From contig CAVVOB010000032.1 of NCBI GenBank assembly GCA_963749655.1, forward strand, positions 64,603 to 128,602: 64,000 nt of DNA, written 5' to 3'. This document shows, one piece after another, positions 1-9,581 of the stretch (its first letter is position 1; the number at the start of each line of letters is the position of its first letter). Origin of the DNA: Nitrospirota bacterium (GTDB taxonomy: Bacteria; Nitrospirota; UBA9217). A model generated the notes under the pieces. It made no database searches, was not told the origin of the DNA, and was given only the letters and a program-made list of their open reading frames with translations. Both the position numbers and the translations under genes were made by a program.

Positions 1-189
1 CAGACGTATCTCGGTGTTCGGCACCTGAAATGCGCCGTTCTTGTACAGCGAAGCATGACCTTCGACAACGAGCTTCTTCGTGTACTTCAAAGGGTCATCC
101 TTGGGGCCTGTTGTCGCACAGCCGACGATGAGCAGGCAGATTGAACAGATCGTAATGACCGTGGAAACCTTCTTATTATTTTTTTTCAT
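1..189 (-). CDS. Hypothetical lipoprotein, 3'-truncated by window edge
   Basis: Manual translation from ATG at 189: MKKNNKKVSTVITICSICLLIVGCATTGPKDDPLKYTKKLVVEGHASLYKNGAFQVPNTEIRL; lipobox IVG-C; start overlaps the end of the upstream ORF. Confidence 0.75.
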   Translation of the reverse strand, partial: MKKNNKKVSTVITICSICLLIVGCATTGPKDDPLKYTKKLVVEGHASLYKNGAFQVPNTEIRL

Positions 190-1660
190 CGGGCACCCTC
201 GCATCATCGGGAATTTTTTCGAGAACATTTTTGATTACAGCAGGGTCTTCAGAAATGATGTCGACTTTGACCCCTTCCTGCTGTTCGAGCTTTTTCAGGT
301 CAACCACTGTGCCTACCGGCAGATCTCCGAGAGAGAAGCTCTCTTTGTTTTGATCCGCACTGTACTTGATTCTACCCTGTGCTGACGCTATGACAAGCCG
401 GGGTCCGTCCCAGGCAAGGAATATGACAGAATCGCCCGCCGCGAGAAGTGCATGGGTGGGAACAGCGGTTAGCGCGTTGTACCCGAGTACGATGCCGGCC
501 GAAGCCTGGTTGATAACAACCTTTGTAGCGCCGGCGGCGGCATCAAAGGCCAGGAACCCGACATACTTCGCCGTATGGGCCGTAGTTTTTACAGCAGCTT
601 CGACAGCTCCGGCAGCGGGCGCCGCAGTTGTAAAAGCGACCTGGTTCACAGCCCCCATTGTCCCCCCTGCAGCGTACGTGACCGGTATTGCACCAAGGGA
701 CAACAGAGACATGCCGCTCAGGAGTCCTCCTTCGATTGTAGGAGAGATTATCCTGATCCCGGTCTTTCCCGTATAGTAGACCGTCAAACCTACGGACTGC
801 ACCGTACGCCCTGTAACCGATGTTGCCGCAACAGGAAGAAACACCGCGTAGGTCGTGCCGGCAACGGTGTATTTGACGATGGTTTTTGATGTCGGCGCTG
901 CGAGTCCGTAGTAAAATGATTTGAGATAACCATAGAGCACCGGACCGAGGGCGACGAGAGAATTCTGTTTTTTCCCCGATTCTTCATATTCGGCCTGGAA
1001 TTCTCTGCTGGCGGTCTGGAATGCCGTGTCCCATTGAGGATCGATCTTCTTTGAAAATCGGTTCCGTGCCGTTTCGGTAAGATCATAAATGTTACTGAAA
1101 TCATGCTTCAGCGACTTGTAATAGTTACCTGGGAGGTTCGCGAGTTCGCCCCGTTCCGCTTCAGTCCGTTTGGCGATCGACAGGTTCCCCGTCACGAAAG
1201 CATCCATGGCTTTTACGAATGATTCTTTCGCAATGTTCCATTCCGCCCTGCTGATCTTGTCCGTTGTAGTGAATATCTGATCGCTCCTTCTGGTGCCGGT
1301 TACAACGGTATCCTTTACCGTAGCTGCTGATTCCTGCACATCAGTCTTTATGTTTTTACCGTACTCCTGGGAGTCCCTGGATACTTTTTCCAGGGCTTCC
1401 TGCAGAGCTGTCCGTGAGTCCTGCAAGGATTTTTCTTTGGCATATGCGAATGCTTTGCGGCTGGAGGAAACGACGAACCATCCCTCGTTGTACAGCATTT
1501 TGTGGCCGCGCATGTTTCCGACAGTCCAGGGGATTACGTCTTCGACAGGCATTTTTTCCTGGCTGGCGGTGGTCTTTCCCTCCTGGTCCTGGGCGCTACA
1601 AAGTGTGATCGGCGCAGCGAACCAGGACAGGAGAATAAATACAAACAAAGCATAAGGCAT
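176..1660 (-). CDS. Exported hypothetical protein (494 aa); helical N-half, Ala/Gly/Thr-rich hydrophobic C-half
   Basis: Long ORF, AGGAGG RBS, N-terminal signal peptide; no family recognised. Confidence 0.8.
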   Translation of the reverse strand: MPYALFVFILLSWFAAPITLCSAQDQEGKTTASQEKMPVEDVIPWTVGNMRGHKMLYNEGWFVVSSSRKAFAYAKEKSLQDSRTALQEALEKVSRDSQEYGKNIKTDVQESAATVKDTVVTGTRRSDQIFTTTDKISRAEWNIAKESFVKAMDAFVTGNLSIAKRTEAERGELANLPGNYYKSLKHDFSNIYDLTETARNRFSKKIDPQWDTAFQTASREFQAEYEESGKKQNSLVALGPVLYGYLKSFYYGLAAPTSKTIVKYTVAGTTYAVFLPVAATSVTGRTVQSVGLTVYYTGKTGIRIISPTIEGGLLSGMSLLSLGAIPVTYAAGGTMGAVNQVAFTTAAPAAGAVEAAVKTTAHTAKYVGFLAFDAAAGATKVVINQASAGIVLGYNALTAVPTHALLAAGDSVIFLAWDGPRLVIASAQGRIKYSADQNKESFSLGDLPVGTVVDLKKLEQQEGVKVDIISEDPAVIKNVLEKIPDDARVPDEKK

Positions 1661-1743
1661 TGGAACCTCCTGATGAACGAGAGTGTGCTAGTTTTTCGAA
1701 CCGACCAAGTATACAGGAATAAAAGGCTTGAAGGCAACAGAAG

Positions 1744-1766
1744 ACCGCAACTAAAATAGTTGCGGT
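1744..1766. terminator. Perfect 10-bp inverted repeat downstream of hemB (terminator or operator)
   Basis: ACCGCAACTA-AAA-TAGTTGCGGT; U-tract weak. Confidence 0.45.
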
Positions 1767-1840
1767 TCGACAGCATTAATGAGGTTCAGTGGTAGAATGC
1801 AGGGAAAACCGAGGCTCTGAATAAAAACAGCGGCGGTACT

Positions 1841-2815
1841 CTATTTACTCAACAGCTCCGCCGCTTCTTTGGCAAAATAGGTGAGGATCATATCCGCTCC
1901 GGCCCGCTTCATGGCAATGAGCGACTCCATCATGACCCGCTCTCCGTCGATCCAGCCGAGCTGCGCCGCGGCCTTGACCATGGAAAATTCTCCGCTCACA
2001 TTGTAGGCGGCAACAGGAAGATTGAAGTTCTGCTTCACCTGGTAGATGATGTCAAGATAGGCCAGCGCCGGTTTCACCATAACGATGTCGGCGCCTTCCT
2101 CAATGTCCAGAGCTACTTCTCGAAGTGCCTCGCGGCTGTTCGGGGCATCCATCTGATAGGACCGGCGGTCGCCGAACTGGGGAGTCGACTCAGCGGCCTC
2201 ACGGAACGGGCCGTAAAAGCTCGATGCGTATTTCGCCGCATAGGCCATGATAGGAGTGTCGTAAAAGCCTTCGCTGTCAAGGCTTGTGCGGATGGCGCCC
2301 ACCCTTCCGTCCATCATGTCGGACGGCGCCACCATGTCGGCCCCTGCCTTTGCATGGGAGATCGCTTCCTTTGCCAGCAGTTCCAGCGTGGCATCGTTCT
2401 GGACCACGTTGTTCTTGATTATCCCGCAGTGGCCGTGACTCGTGTATTCGCAGAGACAGACGTCGGTGATTACGATGAGCTCGGGAAGCTTGTTTTTAAT
2501 GGCCTTGATGGCGTGCTGGACAATGCCCTCGTCGGAGTAGGCCTCGCTGCCGACTTCGTCTTTGTGCGCCGGGATGCCGAACAGGATGACAGCCGGAATG
2601 CCGAGGCTTTTGATATCTTCGCAGTCCCTCACGATGTTGTCGATGGACTGCTGATAATTTCCGGGCATGGAGCTGATTTCCTTCTTAACGCCCTTGCCGT
2701 GGGTGACAAAGAGCGGATAGATGAAATCATCGGGAGAAAGTTTTGTCTCCCGCACCATGCGCCGGATATTTTCATTTGCCCGAAGCCGTCTTGGACGATA
2801 CAGAGGCTGGAACAT
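1841..2815 (-). CDS. hemB: Porphobilinogen synthase
   Basis: [14 protein letters not shown] zinc site, [24 protein letters not shown]. Confidence 0.98.
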   Translation of the reverse strand: MFQPLYRPRRLRANENIRRMVRETKLSPDDFIYPLFVTHGKGVKKEISSMPGNYQQSIDNIVRDCEDIKSLGIPAVILFGIPAHKDEVGSEAYSDEGIVQHAIKAIKNKLPELIVITDVCLCEYTSHGHCGIIKNNVVQNDATLELLAKEAISHAKAGADMVAPSDMMDGRVGAIRTSLDSEGFYDTPIMAYAAKYASSFYGPFREAAESTPQFGDRRSYQMDAPNSREALREVALDIEEGADIVMVKPALAYLDIIYQVKQNFNLPVAAYNVSGEFSMVKAAAQLGWIDGERVMMESLIAMKRAGADMILTYFAKEAAELLSK

Positions 2816-2840
2816 GAAACCTCCTGAACCAGTTCATAAT

Positions 2841-2908
2841 TTTTAGTTTGAGTTTTAGTTTCGGTTTGGATTTCAACTCACAACTCAAAACTCGAAACTC
2901 AAAACTGA
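2841..2908. repeat. Heptamer tandem tract with complementary arm
   Basis: CAACTCA CAACTCA AAACTCG AAACTCA AAACTGA preceded by TTTGAGTTTTAGTTT. Confidence 0.8.
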
Positions 2909-2912
2909 ATTT

Positions 2913-3287
2913 TTAACTGCATCCGCAGCCGCCGGTTCCGCAGCCGCCTTTCGCAGCCGGCTCTTCCCCGCCGCCGCAGCCACAGCTGCCGCCAGCCGGA
3001 GCGCCGTTCGGGAAGCCGATGACAAAGCCCTCGCCCCGTTCGTCGCTGATGAATCCCAGTTCTGCGCCGTCGAGGGTTTTCGACGTTGAGGCATCAACGA
3101 ACAGCCGTGCGCCGTTCTTTTCAACAACGGTATCGCCGTCGCCGGACTTGTCATCGATCATGATTTCATAGGACGGGCCGCAGCACCCGCCGCCTGCCGC
3201 AGTCACGCGCAGAGCGTGGTTCGGTACTCCTTCGGCCTCCAGAATTTCCTTGATCTTGTCTGCTGCAACATCAGTTATGGTGATCAT
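2913..3287 (-). CDS. HesB/IscA-family Fe-S cluster assembly accessory protein with Cys/Gly-rich tail
   Basis: MITITDVAADKIKE, LRV..GGGCCG.SY, LFVD, LDGAEL, SCGCG. Confidence 0.9.
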   Translation of the reverse strand: MITITDVAADKIKEILEAEGVPNHALRVTAAGGGCCGPSYEIMIDDKSGDGDTVVEKNGARLFVDASTSKTLDGAELGFISDERGEGFVIGFPNGAPAGGSCGCGGGEEPAAKGGCGTGGCGCS

Positions 3288-3306
3288 GCCGTCTCCTTAT
3301 AGTTTT

Positions 3307-3361
3307 GCCGCGAAGGCGCTAAAACCCGAAGGCGTTCTTCGTGTCCTGGCGTCTTTGCGGC
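3307..3361. repeat. Intergenic imperfect palindrome
   Basis: GCCGCGAAGGCGC ... GCGTCTTTGCGGC arms with inner CGAAG/CTTCG. Confidence 0.65.
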
Positions 3362-3368
3362 GAGGGTG

Positions 3369-4901
3369 TTACGGTTTCTTTTTAAAATATTCCGCCATCG
3401 CATCTACAAACGCCGGGATGGTGTATTCTTTCGGCATAATGTCCGTTTTCATGCCGTATTCCGTTGCAGTTTTTGCCGTCACCGGGCCGATGCAGGCCAC
3501 GACAACGTTCTGCAATAGTTTTTTATACTCTTTTTGGCCGAGTATTTCAATAAAATTGTGCACTGTTGACGAGCTGGTGAAGGTGACGGCGGAGATCTTC
3601 TTCTCCTCAAAAAGCCTTCGCACCCGCTCGACATCGGCCGCCGGCTTGACATTTTCGTAGGCAACGGCGACGGTCACGTCGGCGCCGAGTTCCCGCAGTT
3701 TGTCGGGAATGATCTCGCGGGCCACCTTGGCGCGGGGGATCAGGAATCGCTTGCCTTTTACCTGCGCTCCGCCGAGCGCCTCCAGCACCCCTTCGGCCTT
3801 GAATTCCGTCGGGATGAGATCCGCCCGGAGGCCGTGAGCTTCAAGTGACTCGGCGGTTTTCGGCCCGACAACGCAGATTTTCACTCCCTTGAGGATCCGC
3901 ACGTCCTTGCCGAGAACGCGGAGCCTCTCCATGAAGAATTTCACAGCGTTCGCACTCGTAAAGATCAGCCAATCGAAGGTCTCTACGGCCTTCAAGGCTG
4001 CATCGAGTTCATCCCAGCTGGAAGGAGGAACCACGTCAATGGTCGGGAATTCAATGGTCGTGGCGCCCCGATCGATGAGCATCTCGGCAAAAACGCTCGC
4101 CTGGTCGCGGGAACGGGTAACCACGATCCGTTTACCGAAGAAGGGCTTTGACTCGTACCAGTTCAGCTTCTGCCTGAGACGCACTACTTCGCCGACGACA
4201 ATGATGGCCGGCGGGCCGAGCTTTGCTTCCTTGACCTTGGGGACGATGTCCTTGAGCAGCCCTGTTACGACGCGCTGGTCCGTGCGTGTGCCCCACTGGA
4301 TGAGCGCTACGGGCGTATCCGGGCTCCGGCCGTTTGCAATGAGATTATTGACGATGTTGTCCAGGTTCTTCATACCCATGAAAAACACGAGCGTGCCGAT
4401 CCCCGTTGATATCTTGTCCCAGTGCACTTTCGATTCGGGCTTTGTCGGGTCCTCGTGGCCGGTCACAAAGGCAACGCTGGCAGTATGCTCGCGATGGGTG
4501 AGCGGAATGCCGGCATAGGTCGGCACCGAAGTGGCCGCGGTCACGCCCGGAACAACCTCGAAGGGAATGCCGTTATCGACAAGTTCTTCGGCCTCCTCGC
4601 CGCCGCGTCCGAAGATGAAGGGGTCACCGCCCTTCAGCCGTGCGACAATATGGCCGGACCTTGCTTTGTTGATGATGAGCTGGTTGATCTGGTCCTGCGG
4701 GAGCGTATGCCGGCTGCCCTGTTTTCCGACGTAGATCAGTTCCGCGTCGGGACGCCGGTATTCAAGGAGCCGTTCGTTGGCCAGATAGTCGTAAATTATG
4801 ATATCGGCCTTTTTCACGCACTCCAGGCCCTTGACCGTGATCAGGCCGGGGTCGCCGGGACCGGCGCCGATGAGATAGACTTTTCCGATTGATTGAGTCA
4901 T
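3369..4901 (-). CDS. cobA: Fused uroporphyrinogen-III C-methyltransferase / uroporphyrinogen-III synthase (CobA-HemD)
   Basis: [31 protein letters not shown], then HemD domain (IVVTRS, FTSANAV, FTSSSTV, CIGPVTA); start moved to ATG 4901. Confidence 0.96.
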   Translation of the reverse strand: MTQSIGKVYLIGAGPGDPGLITVKGLECVKKADIIIYDYLANERLLEYRRPDAELIYVGKQGSRHTLPQDQINQLIINKARSGHIVARLKGGDPFIFGRGGEEAEELVDNGIPFEVVPGVTAATSVPTYAGIPLTHREHTASVAFVTGHEDPTKPESKVHWDKISTGIGTLVFFMGMKNLDNIVNNLIANGRSPDTPVALIQWGTRTDQRVVTGLLKDIVPKVKEAKLGPPAIIVVGEVVRLRQKLNWYESKPFFGKRIVVTRSRDQASVFAEMLIDRGATTIEFPTIDVVPPSSWDELDAALKAVETFDWLIFTSANAVKFFMERLRVLGKDVRILKGVKICVVGPKTAESLEAHGLRADLIPTEFKAEGVLEALGGAQVKGKRFLIPRAKVAREIIPDKLRELGADVTVAVAYENVKPAADVERVRRLFEEKKISAVTFTSSSTVHNFIEILGQKEYKKLLQNVVVACIGPVTAKTATEYGMKTDIMPKEYTIPAFVDAMAEYFKKKP

Positions 4902-4918
4902 AACGAAGTACCTTAAAA

Positions 4919-5040
4919 CAGTTAACCACAGATGAACACGGATAAACACGGATAAATCAAAAAGCTAAACCGGAAAGAATCCCCGACCGATGCAAGTTCA
5001 TTTAGCTTTTATCAGTGCCCATCTGTGTCAATCTGTGGCT
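4919..5040. repeat. 10-nt-period intergenic hairpin repeat
   Basis: ACCACAGAT GAACACGGAT AAACACGGAT ... ATCAGTGCCC ATCTGTGTCA ATCTGTGG; left arm recurs inverted at 48988-49028. Confidence 0.85.
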
Positions 5041-5052
5041 ACGAAGTTCTAA

Positions 5053-6015
5053 TCAATTCTCCAGGAGATTATTTCCGCTGAAGTCCGTGTTGTGCCCATA
5101 GACTTCCCGCAGGATAACGTCTGCGCCTGCCGCCAGCAGCTTTTCCGCCAGTGTAACACCCAGCTTTTCGGCCTTATCAGGCGCGCCTTGGATGCTGTCC
5201 TTAATGATCCTCTTTCCGTCAACGCTGCCCACGAGGCCGGTGAGATGGAGTGTCCCCTGCTTCATTTGCCCATAGCATGCGATCGGTACCTGGCATCCGC
5301 CTTCCAGGCGGCGCAGCAAAGCGCGCTCCCCGGTGACGCAGGTTCGGCTGTCGGCGTGGTTGAAGAAAGCGATCATGTCGTTCAGTTCACGATCATCGAC
5401 GCGGCATTCGATGCCGAGCGCCCCCTGACCGATGGCGGGCAGACTGATCTCGGCGTCAATATATTCCGTGACGTTCTCGGCCAGACCCAGGCGCTTTACC
5501 CCTGCAGCGGCAAGAATGATGGCGTCATACTGGCCCTCCTTGAGTTTCCTGAGCCGGGTATCCACGTTTCCGCGGAGCTGATGGATAACGAAGTCCGGCC
5601 GCACGTTCAGGAGCTGAGCCTGGCGTCTGAGGCTGCTCGTGCCTACGTTCGCTCCCTTCGGCAGGTCCCTGAACTTCAACTTGTTCCGGGAAAGAAGAGC
5701 GTCGCGGGCATCCTCACGCTCGGTGATGCATGAAAGGTGCAGCCCGTCGGGGAAAAAGGTCGGAACGTCCTTCATGCTGTGGACGGCGATGTCGATCTCA
5801 TTTGCCAGCATTGCCTCTTCGATCTCCTTGACGAAAAGACCCTTGCCACCGACCTTGGCGAGGGGCACGTCGAGAATCTTATCGCCCGTGGTCTTGATTT
5901 TCGTGAGCGATACGGTCACACCGGGATGCTTCTTTTCGATCTCAGACTTCACCCATTCCGCCTGCCACAGCGCAAGAGCGCTGCTGCGAGTACCGATCCT
6001 GATCTGTTTACGCAA
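5053..6015 (-). CDS. hemC: Hydroxymethylbilane synthase
   Basis: IRIGTRSSALALWQA, GGKGLFVKE, AVHSMKD, GTSSLRR, LEGGCQVP. Confidence 0.98.
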   Translation of the reverse strand: MRKQIRIGTRSSALALWQAEWVKSEIEKKHPGVTVSLTKIKTTGDKILDVPLAKVGGKGLFVKEIEEAMLANEIDIAVHSMKDVPTFFPDGLHLSCITEREDARDALLSRNKLKFRDLPKGANVGTSSLRRQAQLLNVRPDFVIHQLRGNVDTRLRKLKEGQYDAIILAAAGVKRLGLAENVTEYIDAEISLPAIGQGALGIECRVDDRELNDMIAFFNHADSRTCVTGERALLRRLEGGCQVPIACYGQMKQGTLHLTGLVGSVDGKRIIKDSIQGAPDKAEKLGVTLAEKLLAAGADVILREVYGHNTDFSGNNLLEN

Positions 6016-6114
6016 TGAAAGCTCCTTTACAGCAGAATAACCATCTGTGGGAATCCTATGGAAAGAAACGCTGCGGTTTTTCGTTTATAATCCGCAATTC
6101 GAAATCAGCAATTC

Positions 6115-7473
6115 TCAGCGGCACTTGCTCTCCGGTCCCTCACCCGTATCGGGAACCACCGCTGCGGGAGACTCGTCCTTCCTGGTATGGCCCGGGCGTT
6201 TCAATTCCTTGTCCAGATTAAAAAGCCTGCGTGCGATCGCAATGGTCGCATCGCCTTCTCCCGGGGTGGAAGCCGCCTGTTTCAGCACCACGAGGGGCGC
6301 ATGCAGGAGCTTGTTCACGATTGCCTGGGACATGGCCTCTACAGCCCTTTTCTGGTCGTCCGAAATCCCGTTGAGGGAGCCGAACGTCTTTTCGAGTTCC
6401 CGCTTGCGGACGTCTTCAACCTTTTCCCGCAGATCCACGATCGTAGGCACGGCATCGAGAGCGCGCTCCCACTGGAGATAGGTCTCGACTTCCTGCATCA
6501 CGATCTCTTCGGCTTTTTCGGCCTCTTTCGCCCTTCCCTCCGTGTTGACGTCAACCTTGCTCTGGAGGTCGTCGATATCGTAGAGATAGATGTTGTCGAC
6601 CTTGTCCACCTCGGGATCGATGTTCCGCGGGTTCGAGATGTCGATCATGAAGATCGGCTTGTTGCGCCGTTCCTTGAGCGCTTTGCTCACCATCTCCCGT
6701 TTCACGACATAGTGCGAGGCCCCTGTCGCACAGATAAGGATGTCCACCATCACCAGGGCATCGGGAAAATGCTCAAAACGGATCGCATCGCCCTTGAATT
6801 CCTTGGCCAGTTCTTCCGCCCGTTCGAAGGTACGGTTCGCGACCATGATGTTCTTCACGCCATTTCCCAGAAGGTGCTGTGCCGCCAGCTCAGCCATCTC
6901 GCCGGCACCGAGGAGCATGACGTTCTTGCCTTCCAGCGCTCCGAATATTTTTTTGGCGAGCTCCACAGCCGCCGAGCTGATGGACACCGCTCCCTCGGCA
7001 AGTTTGGTTTCGGTGCGGACTCTCTTCGCGACTGAGATTGCCTTCTTAATCAGCTTGTTCAGGATCGTGCTCGTGGTCTTCGTCTTGAGGGCCGTATCAA
7101 AAGCATCCTTCAGCTGCCCCAGGATCTGCGCTTCCCCGAGGACCATGGAATCGAGGCTTGATGCCACACGGAACGTATGGCGCACACCCTGGGCGTCGGA
7201 ATAGACATAGAGCGACTGCTCCAGGGACTCCCGGGAGAGGCCGTGGTAATCTGAGATGAATTGCTTGATCCGGTCGATACCCCTGGTGCTGTCCTGCACC
7301 GACGTGTAAATCTCCACGCGGTTGCAGGTGGAAACGATCAGGCTTTCCCGGATGCCTTCATAGGTCATGAGCTTCCTGAGCGCGTCAGCAAGCGTTGCTT
7401 CGGGAAAGTTGAGCTTTTCCCGAACCTCGATAGGCGCCGATTTATGACTGAGCCCGACTACGATAATTCCCAT
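6115..7473 (-). CDS. hemA: Glutamyl-tRNA reductase
   Basis: VGLSHKSAP, STCNRVE, SSLDSMVLGEAQILGQ, GAGEMA, DISNPRNID. Confidence 0.98.
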   Translation of the reverse strand: MGIIVVGLSHKSAPIEVREKLNFPEATLADALRKLMTYEGIRESLIVSTCNRVEIYTSVQDSTRGIDRIKQFISDYHGLSRESLEQSLYVYSDAQGVRHTFRVASSLDSMVLGEAQILGQLKDAFDTALKTKTTSTILNKLIKKAISVAKRVRTETKLAEGAVSISSAAVELAKKIFGALEGKNVMLLGAGEMAELAAQHLLGNGVKNIMVANRTFERAEELAKEFKGDAIRFEHFPDALVMVDILICATGASHYVVKREMVSKALKERRNKPIFMIDISNPRNIDPEVDKVDNIYLYDIDDLQSKVDVNTEGRAKEAEKAEEIVMQEVETYLQWERALDAVPTIVDLREKVEDVRKRELEKTFGSLNGISDDQKRAVEAMSQAIVNKLLHAPLVVLKQAASTPGEGDATIAIARRLFNLDKELKRPGHTRKDESPAAVVPDTGEGPESKCR

Positions 7474-7485
7474 TCTGATATCACC

Positions 7486-8298
7486 TTAGAACGTGTGTTT
7501 CCCGATGTTCACACGGCTTATCACAAAGAAACTGACCATGACAAAGATGAACCCGACGATTGAGAGGACCGCCATCTTCCTTCCTCTCCAGCCGATGGTG
7601 CGGAGATGGAGCAGGACGAGATAGATGACCCAGGTGATGAGTGACCATGTTTCCTTGGGATCCCAGCTCCAGTAAGTCCCCCATGCGCTGTTCGCCCAGA
7701 TGGAGCCTGTGATCATGCCAAGCGTGAACAGAGGCCAGCCAAGCGTGAGTGCTTTGTATCCGAGCGTGTCCATGACGTCGAGTGACGGCAAGCGGTGAAA
7801 GATGGCCCCCAGATGCTTTGATTTGAGCTGCCGCTCCTGGATCAGGTACATGATGGAAACGATGCAGGCGAAGGCAAATGCCGCGTCGCCGAGCACCGCC
7901 AGGCTCGTGTGGACGCCGAGCCAACCGCTTTTCAGGATCGGATTCAGCTCCTTGATATCACTGGACAGAAGCAGCACCGGCACCATGAACGCGAATACCA
8001 GCGGCAGCATGAACGAACCGAGGGCCGCAATCTTGAAGCGGAATTCCATAACAAGAAACACGAGCACCATGCCCATCCCGAGAAAATTGATCGCTTCGAA
8101 AAAGCTGGTAATCGGAATCCTGCCCGATTCGGCCCATCGAAGACCAAAGTATGCGACATGGCAGAGAAAGCCCGTAACAGTCACCCATAGAGAAGCAGTG
8201 CCGGTCCATTTTTTATCAGGTTTGAAGATGTAGAGGATATATCCTGAGGTCGCGAGCAGATATGCGCCTGTTGCAGCCTGAAAAAAGAAAAGATTCAT
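7486..8298 (-). CDS. ccsA: CcsA/CcsB-family cytochrome c assembly (WWD) membrane protein
   Basis: Multiple TM helices; WGTYWSWDPKETWS WWD motif; conserved His residues; first gene of the hem operon. Confidence 0.9.
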   Translation of the reverse strand: MNLFFFQAATGAYLLATSGYILYIFKPDKKWTGTASLWVTVTGFLCHVAYFGLRWAESGRIPITSFFEAINFLGMGMVLVFLVMEFRFKIAALGSFMLPLVFAFMVPVLLLSSDIKELNPILKSGWLGVHTSLAVLGDAAFAFACIVSIMYLIQERQLKSKHLGAIFHRLPSLDVMDTLGYKALTLGWPLFTLGMITGSIWANSAWGTYWSWDPKETWSLITWVIYLVLLHLRTIGWRGRKMAVLSIVGFIFVMVSFFVISRVNIGKHTF

Positions 8299-8459
8299 AC
8301 AATACAATCCCCGTGAACGATTTATTGCCTGAGAACGATTTTTTGCTGTCTATACGGAGCGTTTGTTTCCGGATCGGCTCCCGGTGAGACTGGCGGCCTC
8401 GTCCGTCACGTCGGGAGCTCTCTCGCGGCATGACATGTTGAATATGCAGATTGCGGGAA

Positions 8460-8489
8460 ATATTACTTTCTAACACCCTGCAAAGTCAA
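8460..8489 (-). promoter_or_regulatory. Putative sigma70 promoter for the ccsA-hem operon
   Basis: TTGACT-N18-TAATAT on minus strand. Confidence 0.5.
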
Positions 8490-8559
8490 GGAAAAAACTT
8501 TTCTGGAGAGCGCTTCTGTCAGACTTTGGTAAAGATTCCGCTGTTTTACTGAGGTCGAA

Positions 8560-9247
8560 TCAATCATTTGGAGAGACTAGTTTGCCCTCCGCCATCCGCA
8601 ATACCCGATCCGCCCTCATCGCCAGCTTATCGTTGTGTGTCACGATAATAAAGGTGATTCCCTTTTGCTTGTTTATGGACATGAGAAGATCATGGACCGC
8701 CTCTCCGGTATGACTATCGAGGTTGCCCGTAGGTTCATCAGCCAGGACGACGTCCGGGCCGAGCATCAGCGCCCGCGCCACGGCAACGCGCTGCTGTTCC
8801 CCGCCTGAAAGCTCCCCGGGCCGGTGATGGATCCGGCCCTCCAGCCCCACCTCCCCCAGCATCACGGTTGCCTTTTCCGCGGCCGTCGTACGGTCGATCT
8901 TCCTGATCAGCGCAGGCATCATCACATTTTCCAGCGCCGAGAACTCGGGCAGAAGATGGTGAAACTGAAACACGAATCCCACATGCACGTTGCGGAAACC
9001 GGGCGATCTGGCTCGGATTCAGAGCGAATACATCCACATCCCCGAACATTACCGCGCCGGACGTGGGACGATCCAGCGCCCCGAGGATATGCAGAAGCGT
9101 GCTCTTTCCTACGCCCGATGCTCCCACGATCGCCAGCACCTCCCCTTTCCTGATTTCGAGGGTTATGCCGTCGAGGACATGGAGCGCCTGGGGACCGCTC
9201 ATAAAGGTCTTCCGGAGGTCCCTGGTATGGATAAGTGTCTGTGTTAT
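8560..9247 (-). CDS. lolD: Lipoprotein-releasing ABC transporter ATP-binding protein (frameshift near 8995)
   Basis: GASGVGKST in ORF 8738..9202; [31 protein letters not shown] in ORF 8560..8988; frame extends to ATA at 9247. Confidence 0.9.
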
Positions 9248-9495
9248 TTCTTTTCTCCCGGCTTTTCGCCTTCCTTCAAAGCTTTGCCTACGTTCTCCGC
9301 CTTCTTTTCCAGGATGGTGGCCTTCTGCTCTATGCCTTTCTTGAGTTCCTCCGCCTGCTGGCCGGCGCCCTCAATCTGTTTTCCCGCAGACTTAAGCAGT
9401 TTGTCGCCGCCCAGGACAATGAAAACAACAGCCAGCAAGACCAGCAGCAATAACACCAGGATAAACTTCTTTGCCTTCCCACCTTTTTGCGCCAT
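9244..9495 (-). CDS. Small single-TM, Lys/Glu-rich protein (83 aa)
   Basis: MAQKGGKAKKFILVLLLLVLLAVVFIVLGG...; AAGGAGG RBS; appears fused to lolE in the ORF track only because of the lolE frameshift. Confidence 0.75.
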   Translation of the reverse strand: MAQKGGKAKKFILVLLLLVLLAVVFIVLGGDKLLKSAGKQIEGAGQQAEELKKGIEQKATILEKKAENVGKALKEGEKPGEKK

Positions 9496-9581
9496 ATCCG
9501 CCTCCTTCGTGCAGTAAAGATTCATGATCCAGGACGCATGATAATGCAGCCTAATTCGTGTTTCATGCATTCTGCGTCGCT

